Part shown: piece after piece, positions 48,595 to 57,281 of the stretch | Layout of the letters: each line of letters begins with the position of its first letter | Position numbering within the stretch: position 1 is the stretch's first letter | NCBI GenBank assembly: GCA_000435975.1 | Contig: FR884114.1 | Span: forward strand, 12,224-76,223 | DNA from: Oscillibacter sp. CAG:241 | Lineage (GTDB): Bacteria > Bacillota > Clostridia > Oscillospirales > Oscillospiraceae | Direction: 5' to 3' | DNA length: 64,000 nt | Made by a program: the position numbers and the translations under genes | Notes under the pieces: generated by a model | The model's database searches: none | What the model was told of the DNA's origin: nothing | Seen by the model: only the letters and a program-made list of their open reading frames with translations

Positions 48595-49662
48595 GTGAAA
48601 TCATTGCCGACCTACAAAGACGAAAAGACAGGGTTATGGTACTGTAAATTTGTTTACACAGATTGGACAGGCACCAAAAAGCAGAAAAAGAAGAAAGGTT
48701 TTCGCCTGCAAAAAGAGGCCAAGCAGTATGAACTGGATTTTCTGAGCAAGACATCAAATTCCTGCGATATGCTTTTTAGTGATATGGTAGAGATCTATAT
48801 GGATGACTGCAAAGCCAGAATCAGACCGACTACCTACAAAGGGAAAGAGGACATCATTGCGGTACATATTATGCCGTATTTCAAGAATTTGAAAGTCAAT
48901 GAGATCCAGCCGATGAATGTGCGTCGCTGGCAAACCGAGCTGATGAACAATCAGAAGAATTATAAGCCAACCTATCTGAGAACTCTGAACAGCCAGTTGT
49001 CTGCGATTTTCAATTTTGCAGTCAAGTATTACGGCCTCGGCAGCAATCCGGTACAAAAAAGCGGAACTATCGGTAAAAAGAATTCTGGCTTGGAACAGAT
49101 CTGGACAGCGGACGAATTCAAGATTTTTATTGATGCCGTCAGTGATAAGCTGCAGTCCAAGGTCATCTTTAATCTGCTTTACTGGACAGGAATGCGATCC
49201 GGAGAAATGCTGGCTTTAACCCTGAACGATTTCGACTTTGAGGAACGGACGGTTTCCATTACAAAAAACTATGCGCGTATAGACGGCGAGGACCTATTCC
49301 TTGACCCAAAGACGCCAAAAAGCAATCGCAAAATCACCTTGCCGCAATTCGTTTGCGATATGGTAAAGGATTATGCCGACAGATTGTACGGCTACGATCC
49401 GTCAGATAGACTGTTTGAAGTAACAAAGCATTATTTGAAGCACGAAATGGAAAGGGGCTGCAAGAAGACCGGACTCCGGGAGATACGGGTGCACGATCTT
49501 CGTCACAGCCACGCCAGCTTGCTGATTGAACTCGGTTTTGCACCGCTGCTGATCAGCGAACGCCTCGGGCATGAGAGCGTAACGACAACTTTGGAGATTT
49601 ATTCCCACCTGTACCCGACAAAACACGGGGAAGTTGCAGACCGCTTGGAGGCTTTCGCATAA
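48595..49662 (+). CDS. int: tyrosine-type site-specific integrase (N-terminal arm-binding domain)
   Basis: HDLRHSHASLL and LGHESVTTTLEIYSHL catalytic R..H..R..Y region. Likely start is TTG 48604 after GGAGGTG. Confidence 0.9.
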   Translation: MKSLPTYKDEKTGLWYCKFVYTDWTGTKKQKKKKGFRLQKEAKQYELDFLSKTSNSCDMLFSDMVEIYMDDCKARIRPTTYKGKEDIIAVHIMPYFKNLKVNEIQPMNVRRWQTELMNNQKNYKPTYLRTLNSQLSAIFNFAVKYYGLGSNPVQKSGTIGKKNSGLEQIWTADEFKIFIDAVSDKLQSKVIFNLLYWTGMRSGEMLALTLNDFDFEERTVSITKNYARIDGEDLFLDPKTPKSNRKITLPQFVCDMVKDYADRLYGYDPSDRLFEVTKHYLKHEMERGCKKTGLREIRVHDLRHSHASLLIELGFAPLLISERLGHESVTTTLEIYSHLYPTKHGEVADRLEAFA

Positions 49663-49668
49663 ATTTTT

Positions 49669-49701
49669 CGTGTACCCGCCGTGTACCTTTCATGTACCCG
49701 G
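49669..49701 (+). repeat. three direct repeats of (C)TGTACC at 11-bp spacing (candidate integrase arm-type sites)
   Basis: cgTGTACCCgc cgTGTACCttt caTGTACCCgg, immediately 3' of int and before the guaA terminator. Confidence 0.45.
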
Positions 49702-49703
49702 AG

Positions 49704-49748
49704 CAAAAAAGAAACCCGAAAACCCTTGAAAATAAAGGGTTTTCGGGT
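49704..49748 (-). terminator. rho-independent terminator of guaA
   Basis: AAACCCGAAAACCCTT-gaaaataa-AGGGTTTTCGGGT, followed on the minus strand by a T7 run. Confidence 0.7.
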
Positions 49749-49757
49749 AAGTGGCGA

Positions 49758-51287
49758 TTACTCCCACTCCACCGTTGCAGGCGGTTTGGAGGTGATGTCG
49801 TAGACAATGCGGTTGATATGCTTCACCTCGCCGACGATGCGGCCGGAGATCTTGTCCAGCAGCTCGTAGGGCAGACGGGACCAGGTGGCGGTCATAAAGT
49901 CCTGAGACTGCACGGCACGCAGGGCCAGCGTATAGTCATAGGTGCGCTCATCGCCCATAACGCCTACGCTGCGCAGGTCCGTCAGCACGGCAAAATACTG
50001 GCTGGTGGTGCGATCCAGACCCGCCAGAGCCATTTCCTCCCGGAAGATGGCATCGGCATCCCGCAGGATGGCCAGCTTTTCCTCGGTAATCTCGCCGATG
50101 ACGCGGATGGCAAGGCCCGGACCCGGGAAGGGCTGACGCCACACCAGCTGCTCCGGCAGACCCAGCTCCAGGCCCAGCTGCCGCACCTCGTCCTTGAACA
50201 GGCGGCGCAGAGGCTCCACGATATCCTTGAAATCCACACAGTCCGGCAGACCGCCCACATTGTGGTGGCTCTTGATGACGGTGGACTCACCGCCCAGACC
50301 GGACTCCACCACGTCGGGATAAATGGTGCCCTGGGCCAGGAAGTCCACAGCGCCGATCTTCTTGGCCTCCTCCTCGAACACGCGGATGAACTCCTCGCCG
50401 ATGATCTTCCGCTTGCGCTCGGGGTCCGTGACGCCGGCCAGCTTGCCAAGGAACCGGGGACCGGCGTTGACACGGCGGACATCCACGTTGAACTGCTTGG
50501 TCATCACATGCTCCACCTGGTCGCCTTCGTCCTTGCGCAGCAGGCCGTGGTCCACGAAAATGCACGTCAGCTGACGGCCCACCGCCCGCTGCAGCAGCGC
50601 GGCGGCCACGGAGCTGTCCACGCCGCCGGACAGAGCCAGCAGCACGCGGCCATTGCCGATCTTCTCCCGGCACTGGGCCACTGCCTCCTCCAGATAGGAC
50701 GCCATGGTCCACTCCGGCCGGAAGCCGCAGATCTTATACAGGAAATTCTCCAGGATCTGCCGGCCATACTCGGTGTGCACCACCTCAGGATGGAACTGCA
50801 CGCCGTAGAGCCGCTTCTCCCGGCACTGGACCGCCGCGTGGCGGCAGCCCTCGGTGGAGGCAATGATCTCAAACCCGGGAGCCAGACGATCCACCTCTAC
50901 CCCGTGGCTCATCCAGTACACCGCCGTTTCCGGCACGCCGTCAAACAGCGGGGAATCCGTATGGGTCAGCTCCGTCTTGCCATATTCCCGGGTATCGGCC
51001 TTGCAGCACTGGCCGCCCAGCAGGTGCATCATCAGCTGCAAACCGTAGCAGATGCCCAGCACCGGCACGCCCATAGACAGCATCTCCGGGTCGATCATGG
51101 GAGCACCCTGGTCGAACACCGTGGCAGGGCCGCCGGTGAAAATGATGGCGTCCGGGGCAAAGGCACGGACCTCATCCATGGTCATGCGGAAGGACTTGAT
51201 CTCGCAGTATACGCCGCACTCACGGACGCGGCGAGCCACCAGCAGGTTGTATTGGCCGCCGAAATCCAGCACTAAAACCTTTTTCAT
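49758..51287 (-). CDS. guaA: GMP synthase (glutamine-hydrolysing)
   Basis: N-terminal class-I glutamine amidotransferase ([14 protein letters not shown]) and ATP-pyrophosphatase SGGVDSSV motif. 509 aa. Confidence 0.95.
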   Translation of the reverse strand: MKKVLVLDFGGQYNLLVARRVRECGVYCEIKSFRMTMDEVRAFAPDAIIFTGGPATVFDQGAPMIDPEMLSMGVPVLGICYGLQLMMHLLGGQCCKADTREYGKTELTHTDSPLFDGVPETAVYWMSHGVEVDRLAPGFEIIASTEGCRHAAVQCREKRLYGVQFHPEVVHTEYGRQILENFLYKICGFRPEWTMASYLEEAVAQCREKIGNGRVLLALSGGVDSSVAAALLQRAVGRQLTCIFVDHGLLRKDEGDQVEHVMTKQFNVDVRRVNAGPRFLGKLAGVTDPERKRKIIGEEFIRVFEEEAKKIGAVDFLAQGTIYPDVVESGLGGESTVIKSHHNVGGLPDCVDFKDIVEPLRRLFKDEVRQLGLELGLPEQLVWRQPFPGPGLAIRVIGEITEEKLAILRDADAIFREEMALAGLDRTTSQYFAVLTDLRSVGVMGDERTYDYTLALRAVQSQDFMTATWSRLPYELLDKISGRIVGEVKHINRIVYDITSKPPATVEWE

Positions 51288-51868
51288 ACGGGGTCATCCT
51301 CCCGGAAGGTGATGTGGTCGGGGGTAGCCTCCTCGATGACGGCCAGGGAGTGGATGGGATAGCCCTTCTCCCGCAGGGCGTCGCCGCCATGCTGGAAGCC
51401 CTTCTCCACGGCCACGCCGATGCCCACCAGCTCTGCACCGGCGGCCTTGACGATGTCGATCAGGCCCTGCATGGCATAGCCCTTGGCCATAAAGTCGTCG
51501 ATGATCAGCACCCGGTCGTTGGGACCCAGCCACTCCTGGGCCACAATGAGGGTGACCTTTTTCTTATAGGTATAGGAGAAGATCTCGCTCTGATACAGGC
51601 CGCCCTCGATGTTGTCGCTCTTGGCCTTCTTGGCGAATACCATGGGAACGCCGTATTTCTGGGCACACACGGTGGCCAGAGGGATGCCGCTGGCCTCCGC
51701 CGTCAGCACCATGGTGATGTCCTTCACGTCGAAATACTTGGCGAACTCATCGGCCAGCTGGCTCATGAGGGCGGTGTCCACCCGGTGATTCAGGAAACCG
51801 TCCACTTTGATGATGTTGCCGGGCAGGACCTTACCCTCCCGGCGGATACGCTCCTTCAGCAGTTCCAT
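51284..51868 (-). CDS. xpt: xanthine phosphoribosyltransferase
   Basis: 194 aa with PRTase fold and the [15 protein letters not shown]-binding motif. Stop overlaps the guaA start. Confidence 0.9.
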   Translation of the reverse strand: MELLKERIRREGKVLPGNIIKVDGFLNHRVDTALMSQLADEFAKYFDVKDITMVLTAEASGIPLATVCAQKYGVPMVFAKKAKSDNIEGGLYQSEIFSYTYKKKVTLIVAQEWLGPNDRVLIIDDFMAKGYAMQGLIDIVKAAGAELVGIGVAVEKGFQHGGDALREKGYPIHSLAVIEEATPDHITFREDDPV

Positions 51869-52002
51869 ATACTCCTCCTATTGATTTCACATTGCTGTGA
51901 ATAATGACATTATTCTGCCCTATTCCTCCTATAAAAGCAAGGGGGCGAAAGGGCGAAGTTCCCGGACCTTTCCGGGGCGGCTTTTGTCACATATGACGGG
52001 GA

Positions 52003-52899
52003 TCAGTCCCGGTGCAGGCTCCCGCGGACAAAATCGCTGAACCGTTGGGCCGCGGACGTCAGGGGCACGTCCCGCAGGACGCACAGGTCCACGCTGCGGG
52101 CCGGGATATCAAAGGATGTGCGCAGCTTCCGCAGACGGCCGCTGTCCAGCTCCCGGTGGACGAACTCCTCCGTGACTCCGGCCACGCCGAAGCCGATGGC
52201 CGCCAGGTCTACCAGCAGGCTTCGGGCGCCCAGTTCGATCTCCGGGTGCAGATGCAGACCGTTCTGCAGGAAATACTTTTCCAAAAACAGCCGGGAGGAC
52301 GCCTTCCGCTCCAGCAGGATCAGCGGGAACTGGGCAATCTCCTCCAGGGAATAGACATGGTCAAAGTCGCAGGGATACTCCGCCCCGGCCACAAAGATGG
52401 AATGGGTGGTCAGGCACGGGAACGTCTCCAGAGACGCCGCCTCCTGAGGGGTGCTGGCAAAGGCAATATCCACCTTGCCGGATTGCAGCAGGCCCAGGAC
52501 CTTATGGCTGCGGCCGGAGATGATCTGAATGTGGATGGCCGGGTACTGCCGGTGGAACCGGTCCAGGTACGGCAGCAGAAACTGGCTGGTAACGGTGTCG
52601 CTGGCGCCGATGGTCAGGTGGCCCATTTGCAGATCCCGGCTCTGGGACAGCTTTTCTTCCCCTGTTTCCAGCAGGCCCATGGCGCTGCGGACGTATTCAT
52701 ACAGCATCCGCCCGTCGGCGGTCAGGGTGACGCCCCGGGAGTTCCGGGCGAACAGGCGGGTCTGAAGCTCCGCCTCCAGCTGCTTGATGGACTGGCTGAC
52801 GGCAGACTGGGATATAAACAAAGTCTGGGCCGCGGCGGTAATGTTTCCGGCCTCGGCCACTTCCTTGAAAACGCGATAAAGCTCCAGCTTCACGGACAT
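52003..52899 (-). CDS. LysR-family transcriptional regulator
   Basis: N-terminal HTH (ITAAAQTLFISQSAVSQSIKQLE) and LysR substrate-binding domain. Confidence 0.85.
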   Translation of the reverse strand: MSVKLELYRVFKEVAEAGNITAAAQTLFISQSAVSQSIKQLEAELQTRLFARNSRGVTLTADGRMLYEYVRSAMGLLETGEEKLSQSRDLQMGHLTIGASDTVTSQFLLPYLDRFHRQYPAIHIQIISGRSHKVLGLLQSGKVDIAFASTPQEAASLETFPCLTTHSIFVAGAEYPCDFDHVYSLEEIAQFPLILLERKASSRLFLEKYFLQNGLHLHPEIELGARSLLVDLAAIGFGVAGVTEEFVHRELDSGRLRKLRTSFDIPARSVDLCVLRDVPLTSAAQRFSDFVRGSLHRD

Positions 52900-53027
52900 A
52901 ACAGCACCTCATTAAGAAAAATAATGCGTGTAGGTTTATTATCTGCGGTAATTATATCAGATATTTTCAGGAATGCAACCCCCATCTGTATTTCACCGGA
53001 GGATTCGGCATTTTTCCCGATTTCCTC

Positions 53028-53056
53028 TTGCTTTTTCCGGGGGCCGTCTGTATAAT
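53028..53056 (+). promoter_or_regulatory. sigma70-type promoter TTGCTT-17-TATAAT driving the THF riboswitch
   Basis: Hexamers lie 15 nt upstream of the riboswitch P1 strand. Confidence 0.5.
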
Positions 53057-53070
53057 CGTAACTGGCTTTT

Positions 53071-53177
53071 GCTGCAAGAGTAGAAGCGGCGCGTTAAGTG
53101 CCGGTCGGATGGGAGGTTGCCGCCGGACGAAGGGGACCCTGTCTCCGCGGTGCCGTCTTCGCATCCGCTTTGGCAGC
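53071..53177 (+). ncRNA. THF (tetrahydrofolate) riboswitch
   Basis: Conserved blocks in order: AGAGUAG, GCGCGUUAAGUG, UGGGA, CGAAG, GCGGUG, CAUCCGCU. P1 is formed by GCUGC/GCAGC. A downstream GC hairpin (53175-53195) and a CUCCUCC anti-SD are followed by the AGGAGG RBS of folT. Confidence 0.7.
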
Positions 53178-53256
53178 AGGCCCGGGGGGCCTGCGCCCTG
53201 ACAAGTGCATACTCCCCAACCTCCTCCCATTTCATCCGAATTAGGAGGTATTTTTT

Positions 53257-53853
53257 ATGTCCGAGATCCACAACACCAATGCACCTGCCCGCCGGGGGCC
53301 CAAGTGGCCCGTGAAGGCCATGGTCACCTGCGCCCTGCTGACGGCTATCAGCGTGGTGCTGGCCCGGTTCCTGATCCCCACGCCCAACGAGGTGACCCGC
53401 TTTTCCTTGGAAGCGGTGCCCATTTTCCTGGCAGGGATGCTGTTCGGGCCGCTGCCTGGGGCGCTGACAGGCTTTGCCGCCGATTTCATCGGCTGCCTGT
53501 TCTCCCCCTATGGCTACAATCCCATTTTCTGCGTGCCCCCCATTCTGTATGGCCTGTGCGCCGGCCTTTTCCGTCCCTGGCTGACCCGCAGGTGCAGTCC
53601 CCTGCGTCTGGCGGCGGCGTTTTTGCCGGCGGTGGTTCTGGGGTCCATCCTGTACCAGAGCTTCGCCCTGGCCATGATCTACGGCGGCGAGGCCAGGCAG
53701 GCGTACTTTTTGGCCCGGTTGGCGGCGCGCAGCGTGCAGTTTGCCATTACCGGCGTGCTGGACGTGCTGGTAGTGTGGCTTTTGCAGCGCTCCGGCGCTC
53801 TGCGGGCTGTGGGCCTGCCGCCGGTGCAGCCGAAAGGAAATGATAACGTATGA
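53257..53853 (+). CDS. folT: ECF-transporter S component, folate family (FolT-like)
   Basis: 198-aa 6-TM protein directly downstream of a THF riboswitch and upstream of folC. Confidence 0.7.
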   Translation: MSEIHNTNAPARRGPKWPVKAMVTCALLTAISVVLARFLIPTPNEVTRFSLEAVPIFLAGMLFGPLPGALTGFAADFIGCLFSPYGYNPIFCVPPILYGLCAGLFRPWLTRRCSPLRLAAAFLPAVVLGSILYQSFALAMIYGGEARQAYFLARLAARSVQFAITGVLDVLVVWLLQRSGALRAVGLPPVQPKGNDNV

Positions 53854-55127
53854 ACATTGACGAGACACTATCCTATATCCACGCCGTGTGCTGGCGGGGC
53901 AGCGTACCGGGGCTGGAGCGCATCGGCGCGCTGCTGGCCCGGATGGGCGACCCGCAAAAGCAGATGCGGTTCATTCATGTCACCGGTACCAACGGCAAGG
54001 GCTCTACCTGCGCCATGATGGCCAGCATCCTTCGGGCGGCCGGTTATCGGACGGGGCTGTATACGTCTCCCTTTCTGATCCGATTCAACGAGCGGATGCA
54101 GGTGGACGGCCGGCAGATCACCGACGACGAGCTATGTGAGATCACCGCCTATGTCCGCCCCCTGGCGGATGCGCTGGACCCTCACCCCACGGAGTTTGAA
54201 ATGGTCACGGCCATTGCCTTTGCCTATTTTGCCCGGCACAACTGCGACATCGTGGTGTGCGAGGTGGGCATGGGCGGCGAGTTTGACGCCACCAATGTCA
54301 TCCCCGCCCCGGAGGCTGCCGTGTTCTGCAACATCGGCCTGGATCACACCCAGTACCTGGGCGATACCATTGAAAAAATCGCCGCCACCAAGGCCGGGAT
54401 CATCAAGCCCGGCTGCGAGGCGGTGCTGTACCGCCAGACGGCCTCTGTGGAGGAGATCATCCGCCAGCGGTGCGAGCGTCTGGGCGTTCCCCTGCACCTG
54501 GCGGATTTTGACGGCATCCGTCCGGAAAAGGCCGGACTGGAGGGCCAGGTCTTTGACTGGGAGGAGCTTGCCGGCCTGCACCTGCCCCTGCTGGGACGGC
54601 ACCAGCTGTGCAATGCCGCCGTGGCCCTGACAGCCATGCGGGTGCTGCAAAAGCGTGGCTGGTCCATTACGGAGGAGCACATCCGCCGCGGCCTGGCGGC
54701 CACCGACTGGCCCGGCCGGTTCCAGATCATCGGCCATAATCCTCTGTTCATCATCGACGGCGGGCACAACCCCCAGTGTATCCGGGCGCTGGAGCAGAAT
54801 ATCCGGGATTATCTGCCGGACCGCCCGCTGACGGTGCTTACCGGCGTCATGCAGGACAAGGACTATCACTGCATGTACCGGGGCGTGGTGCCCTATGCCC
54901 GCTCCTTCATCACCGTCACGCCGGATAACCCCCGCTCCCTGCCTGCCGGGGAGCTGGCAGCGTATATCCGGGAGCTGGGAGCGCCGGTCACCGCCTGCGA
55001 TACCATCCGCGGCGGCGTTTCCCTGGCGCTGGAGCAGGCCGGACCCGGCGGCACAGTGCTGTGTTACGGCTCTCTGTATCTGATCGGCGACGTGGAGACA
55101 CAGCTGCGGGACCTGAAAAAAAACTGA
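53850..55127 (+). CDS. folC: folylpolyglutamate synthase / dihydrofolate synthase
   Basis: Mur-ligase fold, P-loop HVTGTNGKGST. Start ATGA-overlaps folT. Confidence 0.9.
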   Translation: MNIDETLSYIHAVCWRGSVPGLERIGALLARMGDPQKQMRFIHVTGTNGKGSTCAMMASILRAAGYRTGLYTSPFLIRFNERMQVDGRQITDDELCEITAYVRPLADALDPHPTEFEMVTAIAFAYFARHNCDIVVCEVGMGGEFDATNVIPAPEAAVFCNIGLDHTQYLGDTIEKIAATKAGIIKPGCEAVLYRQTASVEEIIRQRCERLGVPLHLADFDGIRPEKAGLEGQVFDWEELAGLHLPLLGRHQLCNAAVALTAMRVLQKRGWSITEEHIRRGLAATDWPGRFQIIGHNPLFIIDGGHNPQCIRALEQNIRDYLPDRPLTVLTGVMQDKDYHCMYRGVVPYARSFITVTPDNPRSLPAGELAAYIRELGAPVTACDTIRGGVSLALEQAGPGGTVLCYGSLYLIGDVETQLRDLKKN

Positions 55128-55237
55128 GTCCAGGGGATTCGCGAGGGACAGGCACATGGAAAAGCGCCATGTTGTCTGTCCTTCGCTTTTTATCATGGCA
55201 GTTCTACAAATTTTCCCGGCAGGCCCTAAAATTTCTG

Positions 55238-55266
55238 TTGCATTTTTATACCGTATCGTGTAAAAT
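55238..55266 (+). promoter_or_regulatory. sigma70-type promoter TTGCAT-17-TAAAAT upstream of ssnA leader
   Basis: Followed by an untranslated leader of about 160 nt. Confidence 0.4.
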
Positions 55267-55346
55267 GAGAGGGACAATATAAGATTGGTAGCTGTAAGGA
55301 AGTGCCTCGCGCACGGGCTGCAACTATCACTCGGCTGTTGCTTGAG

Positions 55347-55387
55347 TGTTTCAGATCTCCACCCGGAGGTTTGAAACATTTTTCTTT
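55347..55387 (+). terminator. terminator-like hairpin + T-run inside the ssnA leader (possible attenuator / riboswitch expression platform)
   Basis: TGTTTCA...(inner CTCC-accc-GGAG)...TGAAACA followed by TTTTTCTTT, about 40 nt before the ssnA RBS. Confidence 0.4.
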
Positions 55388-55426
55388 ACCCGGAAGCATT
55401 GGAACAATTCATAAGGAGGAACACAC

Positions 55427-56770
55427 ATGAATCTGGTCATCAACGGAAGACTCATCACCCGGGACGAGGGCGGCAAGGGCTATTATGAGCACGGCGCCGT
55501 AGCCTATGAGGAAACCACCATCACCGAGGTAGGCGAGGAGAGCGTCCTGCGGGCCAAATACCCCCAGGCCAACCTCATCGACGCCAAGGGCGGCGTCATC
55601 ATGCCCGCCTTCATCAATGCCCACACCCATATCTACTCCGCCCTGGCAAGGGGCCTGTCCATCGTGGGCAACAATCCCACCAACTTCTACGAGGTCCTGG
55701 ACGGCACCTGGTGGGCCATCGACCGCAAGCTGACCCTGGCCGGCACCCGCGCCAGCGCCGACGCCCTGTATATGGACTGCATCAAGCAGGGCGTCACCAC
55801 CATTTTCGACCATCACGCCTCCTACGCCGAGATTCCCGGCTCTCTGCACACCATTGCCGCCTCCGCCAAGAAATTCGGCATCCGCTCCTGCCTGTGCTAC
55901 GAGGTTTCCGACCGGGACGGCGAGGAAAAGTGTCTCCAGGCCATCCAGGAAAATGCCGACTTCATCACCGAGTGCGAAAGGAACCGGGACCCCATGCTGG
56001 CCGCCATGTTCGGCGGACACGCCCTGTTCACCATCAGCGACAAGACCTTTGACCGCATGGTGGCCGCCAACAACGGCCGCACCGGCTACCACATCCATGT
56101 GTCCGAGGGCATGAACGACGTGTACGACAGCCTGCAAAACTATGGCCGCCGCCCTGTCCAGCGGCTCCAGGACCACGGCATTCTGGGGGAAAAGACCATT
56201 CTGGGCCACTGCATCCATGTGAACACCGCCGAAATGGAGATCATCCGGGACACCGGCACCATGGTGGTCAACAATCCCGAGAGCAACATGGGCAACGCCA
56301 TCGGCATCTGCCCGGTGCTCCAGCTGCACAAGCGGGGCATCCTGCTGGGCATGGGCACCGACGCCTATACCAACGACATGCTGGAATCCCTGAAGGTGGC
56401 CCTGTGCTCCCAGCGGAGTCAGAACTGCCTGCCCAACGTGGGCTGGTGCGAGGTCACGGACATGTTGTTCCGCAACAATGCCAAAATCGGCGAGAAGTAT
56501 TTCCCGGTGCAGTTGGGGGTGCTGAAGGCCGGCGCTGCGGCGGACATCATCGTTATGGACTACAAGCCCTTCACCCCCTTCTCCGACGAGAACATCGACG
56601 GCCACATGATCTTCGGCATGACCGGCCGCCAGTGCCAGACCACCATCGCGGGCGGCAAGCTCCTGATGCAGGACCGGGTGCTGGTGGGTATCGACGAGGA
56701 GGCGGAAAATGCCCACATCCTGGAGGCTGCCAAGAAGCTCTGGGGCGATCTGAACCACCGGACGTATTGA
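55427..56770 (+). CDS. amidohydrolase-family protein, SsnA-like putative aminohydrolase
   Basis: Metal-dependent hydrolase motifs (AFINAHTHIYS, HxH). 447 aa. Adjacent to a ygfK-like gene as in the enterobacterial ygfK-ssnA locus. Confidence 0.8.
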   Translation: MNLVINGRLITRDEGGKGYYEHGAVAYEETTITEVGEESVLRAKYPQANLIDAKGGVIMPAFINAHTHIYSALARGLSIVGNNPTNFYEVLDGTWWAIDRKLTLAGTRASADALYMDCIKQGVTTIFDHHASYAEIPGSLHTIAASAKKFGIRSCLCYEVSDRDGEEKCLQAIQENADFITECERNRDPMLAAMFGGHALFTISDKTFDRMVAANNGRTGYHIHVSEGMNDVYDSLQNYGRRPVQRLQDHGILGEKTILGHCIHVNTAEMEIIRDTGTMVVNNPESNMGNAIGICPVLQLHKRGILLGMGTDAYTNDMLESLKVALCSQRSQNCLPNVGWCEVTDMLFRNNAKIGEKYFPVQLGVLKAGAAADIIVMDYKPFTPFSDENIDGHMIFGMTGRQCQTTIAGGKLLMQDRVLVGIDEEAENAHILEAAKKLWGDLNHRTY

Positions 56771-56774
56771 TTCG

Positions 56775-57263
56775 TTGGAAGCTTTACCAAGGCGGAAGCA
56801 TCTTCGGCTCAAGTCCTTTGATTATGCACAGGGTTGGTATTTTGTGACGATATGCACCGACGGGAAGCAGAAAATTCTCTGTGATCTTGTAGGGCGGGGT
56901 GCCCTCACCCCGCCGCTGATCAATCTAACTCCCATCGGTCGTGTGGTTGAAAAGCATATTCTCCGCACAGGCGATATTTATCCGTCCGTCACAATTGATA
57001 AATATGTCATCATGCCCAACCATGTGCATCTGATCATCGTCATCCGTGCGCCGGACGGCGGGGTGAGGGCACCCCGCCCTACGCACCTGCCATCCGTAGT
57101 CCGTTCCATCAAGGCGATGGTCACGCGGGAGGTCGGTCATTCTGTTTGGCAGGCATCCTTTTACGACCACATCATCCGCAGCCGGCCCGACTATCTCCGC
57201 ATCTGGCAATATATAGACGAAAATCCCGCCCGCTGGGCGGAGGACGAGTATTACAGCATGTAA
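56775..57263 (+). CDS. IS200/IS605-family HUH tyrosine transposase (RAYT-like TnpA)
   Basis: MPNHVHLII HuH motif and downstream Tyr region. 162 aa, TTG start. No tnpB nearby. Confidence 0.75.
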   Translation: MEALPRRKHLRLKSFDYAQGWYFVTICTDGKQKILCDLVGRGALTPPLINLTPIGRVVEKHILRTGDIYPSVTIDKYVIMPNHVHLIIVIRAPDGGVRAPRPTHLPSVVRSIKAMVTREVGHSVWQASFYDHIIRSRPDYLRIWQYIDENPARWAEDEYYSM

Positions 57264-57281
57264 AAGCAAGGAGGATATCCC

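Larger units (their letters stand above)
30600..49757. mobile_element. about 19-kb integrative element inserted next to the 3' end of guaA (repressor/sigma/partition/replication-recombination module/Xis-Int; no conjugation or virion genes)
   Basis: Tyrosine integrase + excisionase at the right end abutting guaA, and a divergent XRE repressor at the left end. ParM, primase, helicase, ligase, exonuclease and PcfJ/K/M genes in one leftward operon. Confidence 0.7.

Noticed and set aside
30711-49716. A clean direct-repeat att pair flanking the integrative element
   Set aside because: Only a weak 9-bp match (AAAAAAGAA) was found between the presumed left and right junctions. This is insufficient to call attL/attR without a comparative empty site.
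49692-51275. 527-aa plus-strand ORF opposite guaA
   Set aside because: Antisense of guaA. guaA has unmistakable GATase and PP-loop motifs, while the opposite frame has none.
52012-53055. 347-aa plus-strand ORF opposite the LysR regulator
   Set aside because: High-GC antisense frame. The LysR HTH on the minus strand is clear.
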